64,000 nucleotides of DNA, taken from positions 32,001 through 96,000 of the forward strand of contig WJMO01000009.1 in the NCBI GenBank assembly GCA_014727915.1. The letters run 5' to 3'. The position numbers and the translations under genes are program-made. Below the pieces are notes generated by a model. That model was given only the letters and a program-made list of their open reading frames with translations, was not told the DNA's origin and made no database searches. Every line of letters begins with the position of its first letter. The first letter of the stretch is position 1. This document shows, one piece after another, positions 29,088-39,293 of this stretch. Origin of the DNA: Candidatus Altiarchaeales archaeon. GTDB lineage: Archaea > Altiarchaeota > Altiarchaeia > IMC4 > SCGC-AAA252-I15.

Positions 29088-29762
29088 GTGTCTGTCATAG
29101 AGAAGGATAAGGTTCGGCTATTCCTGCAGGCTGGCAATAACTCTCCTGTGTTCGGACCGCCTGATCCTGCCAGGCGGGAGGCTGTCGGCAGGCATCTGGA
29201 GATGATGCTTATTGGCCATGATTTCACGCTTGAAGATGTTGGCGAGCTCGCTGACGGACTTAAGCGGCTGAGGAGCGGTGCTGGCAGGGACCCCCGGGTT
29301 TGGAGCCGATACGCTGTCGTAGCAGCCCAGTGGATGGCCCGGGCTGACGCTCCACAGCTTATAGAACCCCTGGCTCAGGGGCTTACAGACCCTGATCCTG
29401 GGATAAGGTCCCACGCGGCCAGCGGGCTCTGCACAGCCTCCAGCAGGGTAAGGGCTACTGGTAGGCCCAGGCACAGGCTTCCACCGAAGGTCATGCGCGG
29501 GTTGGCCTATGCGCTCGGAGACAGCGAAGACCATGTTCCTCTCACTGCGGAGCTGGCGTTGACCCGCCAGGCTGACGGATACCCTGACGATGTGGAGTCT
29601 GCTGTCAGGGAAGTGAGGGCCAGCGTGGTAGAAAACCCCGGTCGTGTCAGCGACCTTGAAGAGTTCGAACACAGGTCTGGGGTGGTTCTCACCGAGGCTG
29701 AGAGAAAGCGTAGGCGACTTGCCCAGAAGATGGAACGCTTGGGGCCGGACACGGTCAAATGA
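29088..29762 (+). CDS. Hypothetical HEAT-repeat-like protein
   Basis: LIEPLAQGLTDPDPGIRSHAASGL and LAYALGDSEDHV...AELAL. Confidence 0.6.
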   Translation: MSVIEKDKVRLFLQAGNNSPVFGPPDPARREAVGRHLEMMLIGHDFTLEDVGELADGLKRLRSGAGRDPRVWSRYAVVAAQWMARADAPQLIEPLAQGLTDPDPGIRSHAASGLCTASSRVRATGRPRHRLPPKVMRGLAYALGDSEDHVPLTAELALTRQADGYPDDVESAVREVRASVVENPGRVSDLEEFEHRSGVVLTEAERKRRRLAQKMERLGPDTVK

Positions 29763-29763
29763 G

Positions 29764-30903
29764 CTATCTTCTCCTGCTCCAGGCGTAGTAGACGTATGCG
29801 AGTCCTAGCAGAGCTATGACCATGGCAGCCCACGCCCACACTGCGGTGTAGACTATCCTGGTGGTGTTGTTCACCGCCTTGAACACCTTCTCCTGCACGT
29901 CTTTGAACGTCTTCTTTACGTCTTCTGCCCTTGGCAGCCTAAGGTTGAAGAATGGAGTCTTTATGATCGTCGGCTTTATCACATTGACGGTGCTCTGGTT
30001 GGAGGCAGCATTCAGGTCCCGGTTGTCCCTGACATTGACTTCGAGAGTGTATCCCCCCTCGGAGACGCCGTCTCTCACGCCCACTTCAAGCTCTAAATCC
30101 CGCTCCAAACCCTGCTCTAACCTGACTTCCCTCACGGTGCGTTGCTTGCTCTCGAAGCCTTCCGGCAGCCTGATGTCCAGAAGGTAGGACCCTGACTGGT
30201 TGGACTTGACCTTCACCTCCAAGGCCATAGTGTCACCGGTCTCGACCTCCTCCTCGTTCTCAAATCTCACACTTACATCCGGCAGCTGGCATCTCCCGCA
30301 CGGCCCTCCGCAGTCTATCCAATCCTCTCCCTGGTTCATCATCCCGTCATCGCAGGACGGTTCGGGCTCAGTCGACGTGGTTGTAGTGCTCGTGGTGGCA
30401 GTTGTCGACGTGGTTGCTGTGCTGGTTGTTGTTGTCGCCAGCGTAGATGTGGTCGTCGTTGGTGCGATGTCCCCTGCACTGGGGTATGGGTAGTTCGTGG
30501 TTGTCGTGGTGGACGTGCTCGTATCCCTAGGAGTGAAGGGCCGGGTGGTCGACGTCTGCATTGTCGTGGCTGTCGTGCTCGTCTCGCATGGTGGCAGATA
30601 GCATTTCAGCGTGATGTCGTCTACGCAGCACCCGCAGCTCATGCACTCGCCGGGGCTCTGGCAGCTGCAGTCCCTGCAGCATTCGAACATGTCATAGTCC
30701 TCTCTTGGGACGCACCCGGATGTCGTCCACATGCAGACCATGCAGCGCTCGCACTGGTCCTGCGTCGAGCAGTGGCATCCGACGCAGCATCCGTCCCCCG
30801 ACTCTGTGGTGGTCGTGACGTTCGGGAGAGTCCTGATTATATAAGCCGCTGAGACGGTCGTGGCCAAGAGGGCCAAAGCCAATAAAGTGATGGTCCTGTT
30901 CAT
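29764..30903 (-). CDS. Cell-surface protein: signal peptide, Cys-rich domain, Thr-rich linker, CxDG...DCGGPC module, Ig-like domain, C-terminal TM
   Basis: Direct reading of the ORF composition and motifs. Confidence 0.8.
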   Translation of the reverse strand: MNRTITLLALALLATTVSAAYIIRTLPNVTTTTESGDGCCVGCHCSTQDQCERCMVCMWTTSGCVPREDYDMFECCRDCSCQSPGECMSCGCCVDDITLKCYLPPCETSTTATTMQTSTTRPFTPRDTSTSTTTTTNYPYPSAGDIAPTTTTSTLATTTTSTATTSTTATTSTTTTSTEPEPSCDDGMMNQGEDWIDCGGPCGRCQLPDVSVRFENEEEVETGDTMALEVKVKSNQSGSYLLDIRLPEGFESKQRTVREVRLEQGLERDLELEVGVRDGVSEGGYTLEVNVRDNRDLNAASNQSTVNVIKPTIIKTPFFNLRLPRAEDVKKTFKDVQEKVFKAVNNTTRIVYTAVWAWAAMVIALLGLAYVYYAWSRRR

Positions 30904-31526
30904 TTCCCCTCTTTTTCCCTTATCCTCGCCTCGATCTCTATGAGCTTCTTCTGCTCGTCCCTGTTGATCTCCCTGTAGCTCTCCTCGTCTATCTCCCTCC
31001 GGTGATATTTGGACTTTATCATCGATATCATCCCTGTTATCTGGTCCCGTTCCTTTCTCAGCTCCTCCAGGGAAGGCTCCTTCTCGCTCTTCTTGAGGAA
31101 CACTTGGTCCAACACTATTACTGCAATTACCAGTGCCGCGACTGCCGCCACGATCCAGAACCCGTATCTTTCCACGACCACGTCGGTGTAGTTGGACTCG
31201 GACGCTATGTTGAAGTTCAGGGGGTAGACGGCGTTGGCTGCCGCGGCTTCGCTTGTACGCTGGTTGGGGTTGGTGTCTCCAACTCTCAGGTAGACGTCAT
31301 AGTAGCTTCCGGGGGGGACGTCAACGGCGTAGAATCCCCGTTCGTCCGTCTTTGTGGCGGCTATGGTGTTCGAGTGGTCGTCGCTCCGGTACACGTCCAC
31401 CTTCAGGCCTTCGATGCTCTCTCCGCTGTTGCCATCCCTGACATAACCCTGTATTGTCGCGTATTCCTGGGCGACTGCGGCTCCTGCCGTGAGGATCAGC
31501 AATGCTAGGGCGTAGTATGGTCTCAT
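30900..31526 (-). CDS. Carboxypeptidase-regulatory-like (Cna-B) domain membrane protein
   Basis: Signal peptide; IQGYVRD...TKTDERGFY...PPGSY; TM followed by a coiled tail. Confidence 0.75.
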   Translation of the reverse strand: MRPYYALALLILTAGAAVAQEYATIQGYVRDGNSGESIEGLKVDVYRSDDHSNTIAATKTDERGFYAVDVPPGSYYDVYLRVGDTNPNQRTSEAAAANAVYPLNFNIASESNYTDVVVERYGFWIVAAVAALVIAVIVLDQVFLKKSEKEPSLEELRKERDQITGMISMIKSKYHRREIDEESYREINRDEQKKLIEIEARIREKEGK

Positions 31527-31560
31527 GCCATGGAAATATTACCTTTCACCGCATTAAAAT

Positions 31561-32784
31561 CTAGTAGTCTGAGAGGGTCTTCTGCCCGCCCTTGTAGTAT
31601 CTGTCCCTCTCACCGTCCAATGTGGGGTGGCCGTACATCCCCCCTCCTCCTGCCACGTACTTCATACGCCCCTCACGGAACATCTTGATTATGGCTCCCA
31701 CCTCCCTGTCCTCCCTGATTATCTCTTCGATGTCCTCGTCCACTAGCACGTTTATCTCTGTCTTGAACTTCCCAACCAGCGCATCCCAACGTTCCTTCAC
31801 CTTCTTGCTAGTGATGGTCCGTGTCCTGGTAGCCAATGCTATCACCTCTGCGAGGGGGAGTATGTGTATGTAATGTGGCCGGTGGGTGGGGTGCCTTGGC
31901 TCCTCCCATGTTGCCAGTTCATCTATCCGCTCGGCCACGCCCTTCTTGATGATGCCCCTGCACTCCGGGCACCTCCTCTTCAGCTTCATGGCCTCCTCCC
32001 ATTTGAACTTCAGGTAGCATCGGCTGCAGGCGGTCACATGGTACTTCCCCTCCAAAGGCTTCAAGCCCACGTTCAGGGTGAACTTCCTACCATGATCCCG
32101 GGATATGGCTTTCCTCATTTCCTCGAAGGTCAGCTCCTTCACCTCCACCCTGTTGAATTCCCTGCCGAGCCGGTGGGGCCATGGGCTGTGGCAGTCGCTG
32201 TTGGTCATGTAGGTTAGGTCCTGCAGCTCTTCTATCCTGTCGGCTGCGTAGGTGTCCGCGGACAGCCCGAGTTCCAGGAACCGCACGCGCTTCAGGTTGT
32301 CTCCGTAGCATTCCTTCAGAGAGTCGTATTCCTTGTAGACTGCCGTCCAGGGAGTGAACGCGTGTGAGGGGCCGATCAGCCCGTTAACGTCTTCCACATG
32401 GTCTGCCAGCTCTTCCCCGTTCAACCTGACATTGGGCCTCCCGTCCGACCTCAGGTTTGGGCTGTGGGGCTTCAGGGCTTCCGCGAGAGAGTCAGCGGCA
32501 GAAAGTGAGGGTAGTAATATGACGTGGTGGACGCGTTTCACGTCCTCGACTTCTGCCTGCACGATGAACCGGGTCTTGGAGTGCCTTGTGGTGTAGAGCC
32601 CCTCCTCGTCTATCAGGTGCTCTCGCAGGTGCTTCCTCCACATTGGGTGCAGCGCGTCGCTCGTGGCGACCACGTCCAACCCCTTCAGCGGAGCCTGCTC
32701 AGCTATCAGGGGGACTGTCATGTCCTTTGAGGTCCCGCCGGAGTACTTGCCGTGTATGTGGAAGTCTACGTTAGCCTCTAACAT
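31561..32784 (-). CDS. TIGR00375 PHP-family protein (EndoQ-like endonuclease)
   Basis: DFHIHGKYS, PSHAFTPW, ELGLSAD, TNSDCHS, LGREFN, GKYH..AC..C, C..C. Confidence 0.9.
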   Translation of the reverse strand: MLEANVDFHIHGKYSGGTSKDMTVPLIAEQAPLKGLDVVATSDALHPMWRKHLREHLIDEEGLYTTRHSKTRFIVQAEVEDVKRVHHVILLPSLSAADSLAEALKPHSPNLRSDGRPNVRLNGEELADHVEDVNGLIGPSHAFTPWTAVYKEYDSLKECYGDNLKRVRFLELGLSADTYAADRIEELQDLTYMTNSDCHSPWPHRLGREFNRVEVKELTFEEMRKAISRDHGRKFTLNVGLKPLEGKYHVTACSRCYLKFKWEEAMKLKRRCPECRGIIKKGVAERIDELATWEEPRHPTHRPHYIHILPLAEVIALATRTRTITSKKVKERWDALVGKFKTEINVLVDEDIEEIIREDREVGAIIKMFREGRMKYVAGGGGMYGHPTLDGERDRYYKGGQKTLSDY

Positions 32785-32814
32785 GATAAGAAAGCATATG
32801 GAATAGGGGTTTAA

Positions 32815-33702
32815 CTATGAGTGTGGCGAGTGGGGCCTGCTTTCAACGCCGTAGACCACTCCAATCTTCTTGACGCGCTTCTCTCCCATGTCGCTCTTGC
32901 CTATCCCCCTCTTTCCGTCCATCATATCCACGATCAACCCTATAGTCTCATCCTCTACCTTCAGTTTTGAGGCTTCCTCCATGTCCTTCTCCTGGGCCAG
33001 CTCTGCTATGGCTTCCTCCCGTCTGGCCTGCAGACTGTCCCTCACCCTTCCCCGTTCGTCCCCCACTACGGGCCGGAAGCTGAACTGCTCGTTCTCTATG
33101 TGCCTTGCAGTAACTGAGACATTATTGGGTGCGCCCTCCTGTATCCTCACCTGGTATTGTGTGCCGTCCAATACTAACTCCAGGTTTCCGCTCTTACCCT
33201 CATAGTGGACTCCCTCTCCCATGGTGGTCGCTCTTGCGTTGTTGTTGTATCCTCTGTGCTCTGATGGCATTTCATCGTGTCTGAGCGTAAGGTACTCGTG
33301 CATTCTCGCCAGCGCCATTATATGCCCTCTCTTGCTGGTGTGGTTAGTGTCTTCCTCGTCAAGTATCCTCTTCTGGAGGTCGCTCAGGTCTGACATCCCG
33401 CTTCGTATTTCCTCCTTGGTTGGCTGGCGTTCACGCATCCTGCCGCCTTCGACGCTTAGGACGCAGCATTCGATGTCGTCTCCTGTTTTCCGGACTGTCA
33501 GGATGCCCCCTCCGGTCTTGCCTCCTCCGAGGCCTGTTTTGAAGGTGTATGACTCCACCAGCTCATCCGATCCCGGTATGGGGTCCTGGGTCCTTATGAT
33601 GTCCGTGGAGATGGGCATGGGCTCGACATTCTTCTCCCCGGGTTTGGGGGCGCTTTCCGGGCCTGCCGCTATAACCCCTCCTTTGACCGTCTTCTCAGGC
33701 AT
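32815..33702 (-). CDS. Hypothetical soluble protein
   Basis: 295-aa ORF filling the gap; no recognised motif. Confidence 0.6.
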   Translation of the reverse strand: MPEKTVKGGVIAAGPESAPKPGEKNVEPMPISTDIIRTQDPIPGSDELVESYTFKTGLGGGKTGGGILTVRKTGDDIECCVLSVEGGRMRERQPTKEEIRSGMSDLSDLQKRILDEEDTNHTSKRGHIMALARMHEYLTLRHDEMPSEHRGYNNNARATTMGEGVHYEGKSGNLELVLDGTQYQVRIQEGAPNNVSVTARHIENEQFSFRPVVGDERGRVRDSLQARREEAIAELAQEKDMEEASKLKVEDETIGLIVDMMDGKRGIGKSDMGEKRVKKIGVVYGVESRPHSPHS

Positions 33703-33771
33703 TTTGGTCTGCTTTTCTTATGTATAACCTTAAGAATCGCTTTTATTTATCTATGGTATCCTACTGGTTTC

Positions 33772-35535
33772 TCAGTTTTCCTCAACGGCTTCTACCATCA
33801 TCTGCCTCTGCCTTGGCTCCAGTTTGAAGAGGGTTGTGGTGTACTTTGACTGGTCCAGGTCCGCGTGGTGCCAGTCTTCGGTCTCCATGGAGAAGACGAT
33901 GGTCGACTTGTACCTGTTGAACAGTTCCAGCCCGTATAACCCCGACGGTGGTATCGGCGATCCTGTTTCGGCGTCGACGAGCATCCCGTTCTCCTTGTCG
34001 TAGACTATGTTCATGTAGGGTTTCATGTTCATCCTGTTGACTGGCACCATAAGCTCCGGGTCGAACTGTATGGCTCCCCGCTCGATAAGCCCCTGGAGGT
34101 TGATTGGCTCGTAGCTGAGCCCTGCGGTGGTTATGTAAACTGCGGTCCCGTTGGACATGTAGTCGTCGAGCATCTTCATATGCTTTGTCATCTCGTCCGT
34201 TTGGAAGGGGTTGGGGTGTCCCAGTCCCATTATGGGGTGGCCGTAGTATTCGTAGTGTCTGGTCTCGTCCATCCCTATCACAACATACCGGCCAGGAGCC
34301 ACTTCGGCTATCCTCTTGCTGAACTCGCAGGGGCCGCACTCCATCCTCCGGTAGTCGAGGACGGGTTTGAAGCCTATGAACATCCACGCAACCAACAGTA
34401 TCACCACAATGTTGGCGATGTTGCCCCAGTTCCTCTGCAGGTACTCGAGGCCCCAACCCATCATCATGACCGCTGGGGGGAAGGCGTGGAAGAAGAAGTA
34501 AGGGGAGGCTCCGCTGAAGTTCCCGAATATCATGAAATAGAGCGTCATCCATGCGACCAGCACCAGCCAGACCCCCCGTCTGCCCCTCCCGTAGTTGACG
34601 ACTATCGAGCCAATGAGAACCAGCCACCCGAGGTATGTGAGGGTCTTGGTGGCCCAGGGTATCGAATATCTCGTGAACGTTTCGGTGAAGAGTCCTACGC
34701 CCGCCTGTCCCTGGGCGGAGCCGGCGCTTCTTATGGCCTCAAAAAGGCTGAAACCCGGCTCGTGCATCATCTTGGGCACGTAGAAAAGCACGAACACGAC
34801 AAGCCCTGTCACCACTATGATCGACACGTCGCGTATGACGTCGAAGGGGTCTTCCATGAGGCTGAACTTCCAGCCTCCTCTCCTCTTCCTCTTCAGCTCG
34901 AATGGGGGGCTGTCATGGTAGTAGAAGAGGATGAGGGGCGCCAGGAAAAGTAGTTCCTGGTGGCGTACCGCGATGGCGAAGCCCCAGAGCGCGCCTGCCA
35001 GCACCTTCAGATGTGTGGTGTCCTCCTCCCTGGCTTTGATCAGCGCGTATGCGGTGGCCATCAGCGCCGCCGAACCCAGCACCAGGTCTTTGAGGTATGT
35101 GGAGAGGGAGAGGTGCAATGGTAGGAAGGCCAGTATTATCCCGGCGTATATGCCTGCTTCCCTGCTTTCCGTGAGCTTGACGGTCAGATAGTATATGAGG
35201 ACGCAGCCTAACGCGCCAAGCAGCGCGTTGGTGAACAGGAGCACGCCTTCGGCGCTGTCGCTCCCCGTGGCAGTATGCCATATGAGGTAGATTAGCGTGT
35301 TGAAGGCTGCGAAGCCCCCGTACCCGACGTCGCCTTGGAGGTAGTGGAGCCTGCCCTTTTCAACGGACCGTTCCGCCTCCTGGGCTGCGATGACCGAGTC
35401 CGTGTGCCACAGCCCCGGCTGCAGGTAGTAGAGCCTGAGGGAGAAGGCGATTATGAACAGTGCGACGATGGCCAACCTGGCTTGTTGCTCGTCCAGGACT
35501 CCGAACAGCTTCTTCGGCTTCTTCTTCCGCTTCAT
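33772..35535 (-). CDS. GT-C fold (ArnT/PMT-like) glycosyltransferase
   Basis: SLRLYY..GLWHTDS, about 11 TMs, C-terminal soluble domain. Confidence 0.8.
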   Translation of the reverse strand: MKRKKKPKKLFGVLDEQQARLAIVALFIIAFSLRLYYLQPGLWHTDSVIAAQEAERSVEKGRLHYLQGDVGYGGFAAFNTLIYLIWHTATGSDSAEGVLLFTNALLGALGCVLIYYLTVKLTESREAGIYAGIILAFLPLHLSLSTYLKDLVLGSAALMATAYALIKAREEDTTHLKVLAGALWGFAIAVRHQELLFLAPLILFYYHDSPPFELKRKRRGGWKFSLMEDPFDVIRDVSIIVVTGLVVFVLFYVPKMMHEPGFSLFEAIRSAGSAQGQAGVGLFTETFTRYSIPWATKTLTYLGWLVLIGSIVVNYGRGRRGVWLVLVAWMTLYFMIFGNFSGASPYFFFHAFPPAVMMMGWGLEYLQRNWGNIANIVVILLVAWMFIGFKPVLDYRRMECGPCEFSKRIAEVAPGRYVVIGMDETRHYEYYGHPIMGLGHPNPFQTDEMTKHMKMLDDYMSNGTAVYITTAGLSYEPINLQGLIERGAIQFDPELMVPVNRMNMKPYMNIVYDKENGMLVDAETGSPIPPSGLYGLELFNRYKSTIVFSMETEDWHHADLDQSKYTTTLFKLEPRQRQMMVEAVEEN

Positions 35536-35578
35536 CTTTCTGAACTTATGGAATCCGTTGGTTTTAAACGTTCAGGGG

Positions 35579-36982
35579 TCACGTTATGCCTGTCTTCCTT
35601 GCTATGAGGCTCCGGCCCATCACGTACATCTTCCTCAGTCCGAACATCCCATGGCGGTATGCCATCTTGAACGGGTAGGTGGGCCTCAGGTAGAACCTTT
35701 TTATTATGTTGTTCCACTCCCTGGTTATCTCGTCGCCTGTCATGCCGCTGTCGTATAGGAGCTTTTTAGCCATGAAGTCGTGGCGGTAGGCCATCCAGTC
35801 GTCGTCCACCAGCCCCTGCCGGTCGAGGAGGTCGTAGAGCCTGCTTCCCGGGTAGGGTGTTATCACTCCCAGGCTGAGCTGGTCGACGTCCAGGTCCAGG
35901 GCGAGCTCCAGCGACTTCCGCTCAGATTCGACCGTGGACCCGGGCAGTCCCATCACGAAGAAAAGCCCGATGTAGAAACCGTAGTCTTTAGCGAGCTTAA
36001 CAGCCTCCCGTATCTGTTCTATGGTCTCGCCCTTGTCTATCCTCTCTAGCACCTTGCCGTCTCCGGATTCCACGCCGAAGAATATGCAGTATACGCCGGC
36101 GTCCCTCATCTTCCGGAACAGTTCCGGAGTCACCCTGTCGGCCCGTATGCCGTTGGGGAAGGCGATTGAGACGTCCCAACCCCTCTCTTTTATGCCGTCG
36201 AATATCCTCCCGGCCCGGTCCATGTCCAGGGTGAACGTGTCGTCGACGATGTGTATCTCCCTGTACCTGTACTTTGATTCCACCAGCTCCTCCACTTCTG
36301 CCAGGACGTTATCCGGGCTACGATCCCTGAACTTGCTGCCGAACGTGGCTTTGCAGCAGAAGATGCACTGGTGTGGGCAGCCCCTGCTGGTTATGATCGA
36401 GGCCATGGGCTTCCGCTTCACCTCCACGGCTTTGGTGTCATATTTGCGAAGGTCGAATATGTCCCTCGCGGGGAAGGGTATGGCGTCCAGGTCTTCTATG
36501 AACGGCCTGTCTCCGTTGCGGACGATTTTTGTCTTTCCCCTGTAGACGACGCCTTTCACGCCCATCATGCTGTCGCCGTCGCTGAGCCGCTGGGCCAGCT
36601 CCTTGATGGTCTCCTCTCCCTCCCCCACCACCCCGTAGTCTATCCACCCGAACTGTTTCAGCGTGTCCTCCGGCAGGGCTGATATGTGGGCTCCGCCCAG
36701 TATTGTCTTAACTCCGGGGTGGGCCTCTTTTATCTTCTTTAGCAGTCCGATGTTGTCGCTGATGTCGAAGGTTCGAGAGGTCGCCAGCACGGCGTCCGCG
36801 CGGGAAATTCCCACCTCATCAACCACTCTGCTGTCCGGGTATCCGTTTACTCTGCCGTCTATGACCTCCACCTCATGTCCCTCCCCTCTGAGAACGCTGG
36901 CCAGGTACCCCACACCCAATGGGAGGTACTGGATTTCGCTCCTGCGTTCTATGGATTTTGGGAGGGCGAAGGCGAATTTCAT
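35579..36982 (-). CDS. B12-binding domain radical SAM protein
   Basis: PLGVGYLASVL, GGAHIS, GEGEET, TSRGCPHQCIFC, GVESG, PYPGS. Confidence 0.92.
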   Translation of the reverse strand: MKFAFALPKSIERRSEIQYLPLGVGYLASVLRGEGHEVEVIDGRVNGYPDSRVVDEVGISRADAVLATSRTFDISDNIGLLKKIKEAHPGVKTILGGAHISALPEDTLKQFGWIDYGVVGEGEETIKELAQRLSDGDSMMGVKGVVYRGKTKIVRNGDRPFIEDLDAIPFPARDIFDLRKYDTKAVEVKRKPMASIITSRGCPHQCIFCCKATFGSKFRDRSPDNVLAEVEELVESKYRYREIHIVDDTFTLDMDRAGRIFDGIKERGWDVSIAFPNGIRADRVTPELFRKMRDAGVYCIFFGVESGDGKVLERIDKGETIEQIREAVKLAKDYGFYIGLFFVMGLPGSTVESERKSLELALDLDVDQLSLGVITPYPGSRLYDLLDRQGLVDDDWMAYRHDFMAKKLLYDSGMTGDEITREWNNIIKRFYLRPTYPFKMAYRHGMFGLRKMYVMGRSLIARKTGIT

Positions 36983-37039
36983 CTTAGCCTATATTTATTG
37001 GCTCACCGGTTAAATAGAGCTAAACTTATAATAGACCAC

Positions 37040-38230
37040 ATGAGGGTCTTGTTCTTGAGCAACGAGCAGTTCCTCCCCCTCTCGGGAGGTGGGAGTGTGG
37101 GCAACTACCATCTGGTGAGGAAGCTGGTGGAACGCGGCCATGAGGTCACCGTGGCCACGCCGATCTACCTGGGTTCGGAGGAGGTTCGCCGTGTGGAGAT
37201 GGAGAACAACATAGTGCTGAAGCCGTTCTCCCCCTTCTACCTGCACAGGAACATATCCTTACGGGGGCCCAAGTACGTCCTCTACGGTTTCCTCTATACC
37301 TTCCACCTTCTGCGGCTTCTGCTGTCCGGGAGATACGATGTGGTGTTCGTCAGGAACTGTCTCCTGGCCTTCCCGGCTCTGCTCTTGAGGCCTTTGGCGA
37401 AGTGCTTCTACGCGCTGAGCATGACCGACTTCCTGACAGGGTTCCTCCACAACAACAAGAGCTACCCTGCGAAGGCGGTTGAGCTGTTGTTCAAGATGGA
37501 GCGGTCGACTGCAAGGCACTTTGACATAGTCTATGTGATAACCCCGGAGATGAAGCGGATGCTCGCCGCCGCCGGATGCCATGCCAGCAAAGTCCATGTG
37601 TCCCATGATGGCGTGGACACGGCCCTCTTCGACCCTTCCAAGGTGGATGAGAAGGAGGTCAACGACATACGGTGGAAGGTGGGCTTGGAGAAGAGGATCG
37701 TCCTATTCCACGGGACCGTCGACGGCCATGCGAAGGAAAAGCTGGCCGAGATAATCAGGGGCGTGACCTCCCGCAGCGAGGACATGGTGTTCATCCTGTT
37801 GGGCCAGGGCAAGAAGTACGAGGAGCTCAGGTCGGAGCTGGAATCCGACCGGGTCATGTTCCCAGGGTATGTGCCCCATGAGGAGATTCCCAAGTATGCT
37901 CTCGCCGCCGACATAGGGATAATACCCTACGAGCACACGTTCAACAGCAACATCATCATAACCTTGAAGCTGTTGGAGTATCTGGCGATGGGGCTGCCGG
38001 TGGTGTCGACCAACCTGAAGAGCATCGACGAACTGTTCGGAGCCTACGAGTTCGTCCGGCTCTCCCCCACCACCGAGGACTTCATCGAGAAGGTGTTGTC
38101 CGCAGGGTTCCAGGAGAAGTCCGGGGAGGCGGTGAACTACATCAAGGAATTGTACAGCTGGGACAAGGTGACTTCCCGGATGGTAGACGCGTTGGAAGAG
38201 AAATACGGCAAGGAAGTGGATGTTGTGTAG
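37040..38230 (+). CDS. Glycosyltransferase family 4
   Basis: MRVLFL...GGG...RGHEV; KLLEYLAMGLPVVST. Start placed at ATG 37040. Confidence 0.9.
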   Translation: MRVLFLSNEQFLPLSGGGSVGNYHLVRKLVERGHEVTVATPIYLGSEEVRRVEMENNIVLKPFSPFYLHRNISLRGPKYVLYGFLYTFHLLRLLLSGRYDVVFVRNCLLAFPALLLRPLAKCFYALSMTDFLTGFLHNNKSYPAKAVELLFKMERSTARHFDIVYVITPEMKRMLAAAGCHASKVHVSHDGVDTALFDPSKVDEKEVNDIRWKVGLEKRIVLFHGTVDGHAKEKLAEIIRGVTSRSEDMVFILLGQGKKYEELRSELESDRVMFPGYVPHEEIPKYALAADIGIIPYEHTFNSNIIITLKLLEYLAMGLPVVSTNLKSIDELFGAYEFVRLSPTTEDFIEKVLSAGFQEKSGEAVNYIKELYSWDKVTSRMVDALEEKYGKEVDVV

Positions 38231-39244
38231 TCAGTGTCTGGTCCTGCATGCGAACTCCTTTATCACATCCAGGGGGTGGTCTATGAGGAGTGAGGGTTCG
38301 CCGTAGCATGCTATGAAGCAGGTCCGGTCGCATCTGAACTCGTCCCTTTGGAATCCTTCTATGAGCTCCTCGTAGCTGTCGTGCTCCAGGAGGTTCCCGG
38401 ACTTCTCTTTGAGCACCTCGCAGGGGTGGAAGACGTCTCCGTTGCTGAATATCCTGGGTATGATGAAGGGCCTGCACTTGAAGGGCTTGAAGTCCCTTAC
38501 TGTCTCAAGGAAACGGAGGCTCGTGTTTATGGGGTACCCCTCCCTTTTCATCTCTATTATCCGGTCCATTATCCTCTTGTACTCCTCGTTGTCCTTCAGG
38601 TATTCCGGTGCTGCTCCCCTCTCCACAACAGGTCCTATGCTGAGCCCGCAGTTGTTCTCGAACACGAAGCCCGCCACCTCCGACACGTTGTCCATGTTAT
38701 GCTCTCCTATGACGCAGTTGACGTTTATGGTGAAACCCCTCTCATCCTGGAGCTTCGAGTACTTCACGATGTTGTCCATTATCTTCTTCGCCGAGCCTTT
38801 GACGTTCGTGAGCTCGTCGTATCTGTCGTCCACCCTGTCCAGGCTGGTTGACACGATGTCCACATACTCCAATACTTCCTCCTTGCTGTCGAGGAGGCTG
38901 AGGTTGGTGAAGAGTATGATGGGCTTGAACTTGAGCCTCTTTGCCTCCTTCAGTATCTCTATGATGTCCGGCCTCAGCAGCGGCTCCCCACCAGTCAACG
39001 TTATCCCCGGGGTTACCCTCCTTATCTTCCCTAGTATCTCCTTGGTCTCCCCGGTGTTCAGGCCCTTGTCGTTGTTGTCTCGGAAGGCGCAGTAGCCGCA
39101 TCGGAAGTTGCAGTTCCGTGTTATGTAGAAGCCGGAGAGCATGGGCTTGAGGTTCCTCTCGTCCCCCAGCACCTTTATCCTGAACAGGTTCTCCAGATAG
39201 GCTGCCACGGCCTTTAGGGGTATGTCCCTGAAACCGTATCTCAT
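38231..39244 (-). CDS. Radical SAM protein with C-terminal Cys-rich (SPASM/twitch-like) extension
   Basis: CNFRCGYC, TGGEPLLR; C-terminal C...PC...C...C..C. Confidence 0.88.
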   Translation of the reverse strand: MRYGFRDIPLKAVAAYLENLFRIKVLGDERNLKPMLSGFYITRNCNFRCGYCAFRDNNDKGLNTGETKEILGKIRRVTPGITLTGGEPLLRPDIIEILKEAKRLKFKPIILFTNLSLLDSKEEVLEYVDIVSTSLDRVDDRYDELTNVKGSAKKIMDNIVKYSKLQDERGFTINVNCVIGEHNMDNVSEVAGFVFENNCGLSIGPVVERGAAPEYLKDNEEYKRIMDRIIEMKREGYPINTSLRFLETVRDFKPFKCRPFIIPRIFSNGDVFHPCEVLKEKSGNLLEHDSYEELIEGFQRDEFRCDRTCFIACYGEPSLLIDHPLDVIKEFACRTRH

Positions 39245-39293
39245 CCCTACCTATATTGTCGACAGGATTAAATACCCTCCCCTCCATTATCCT

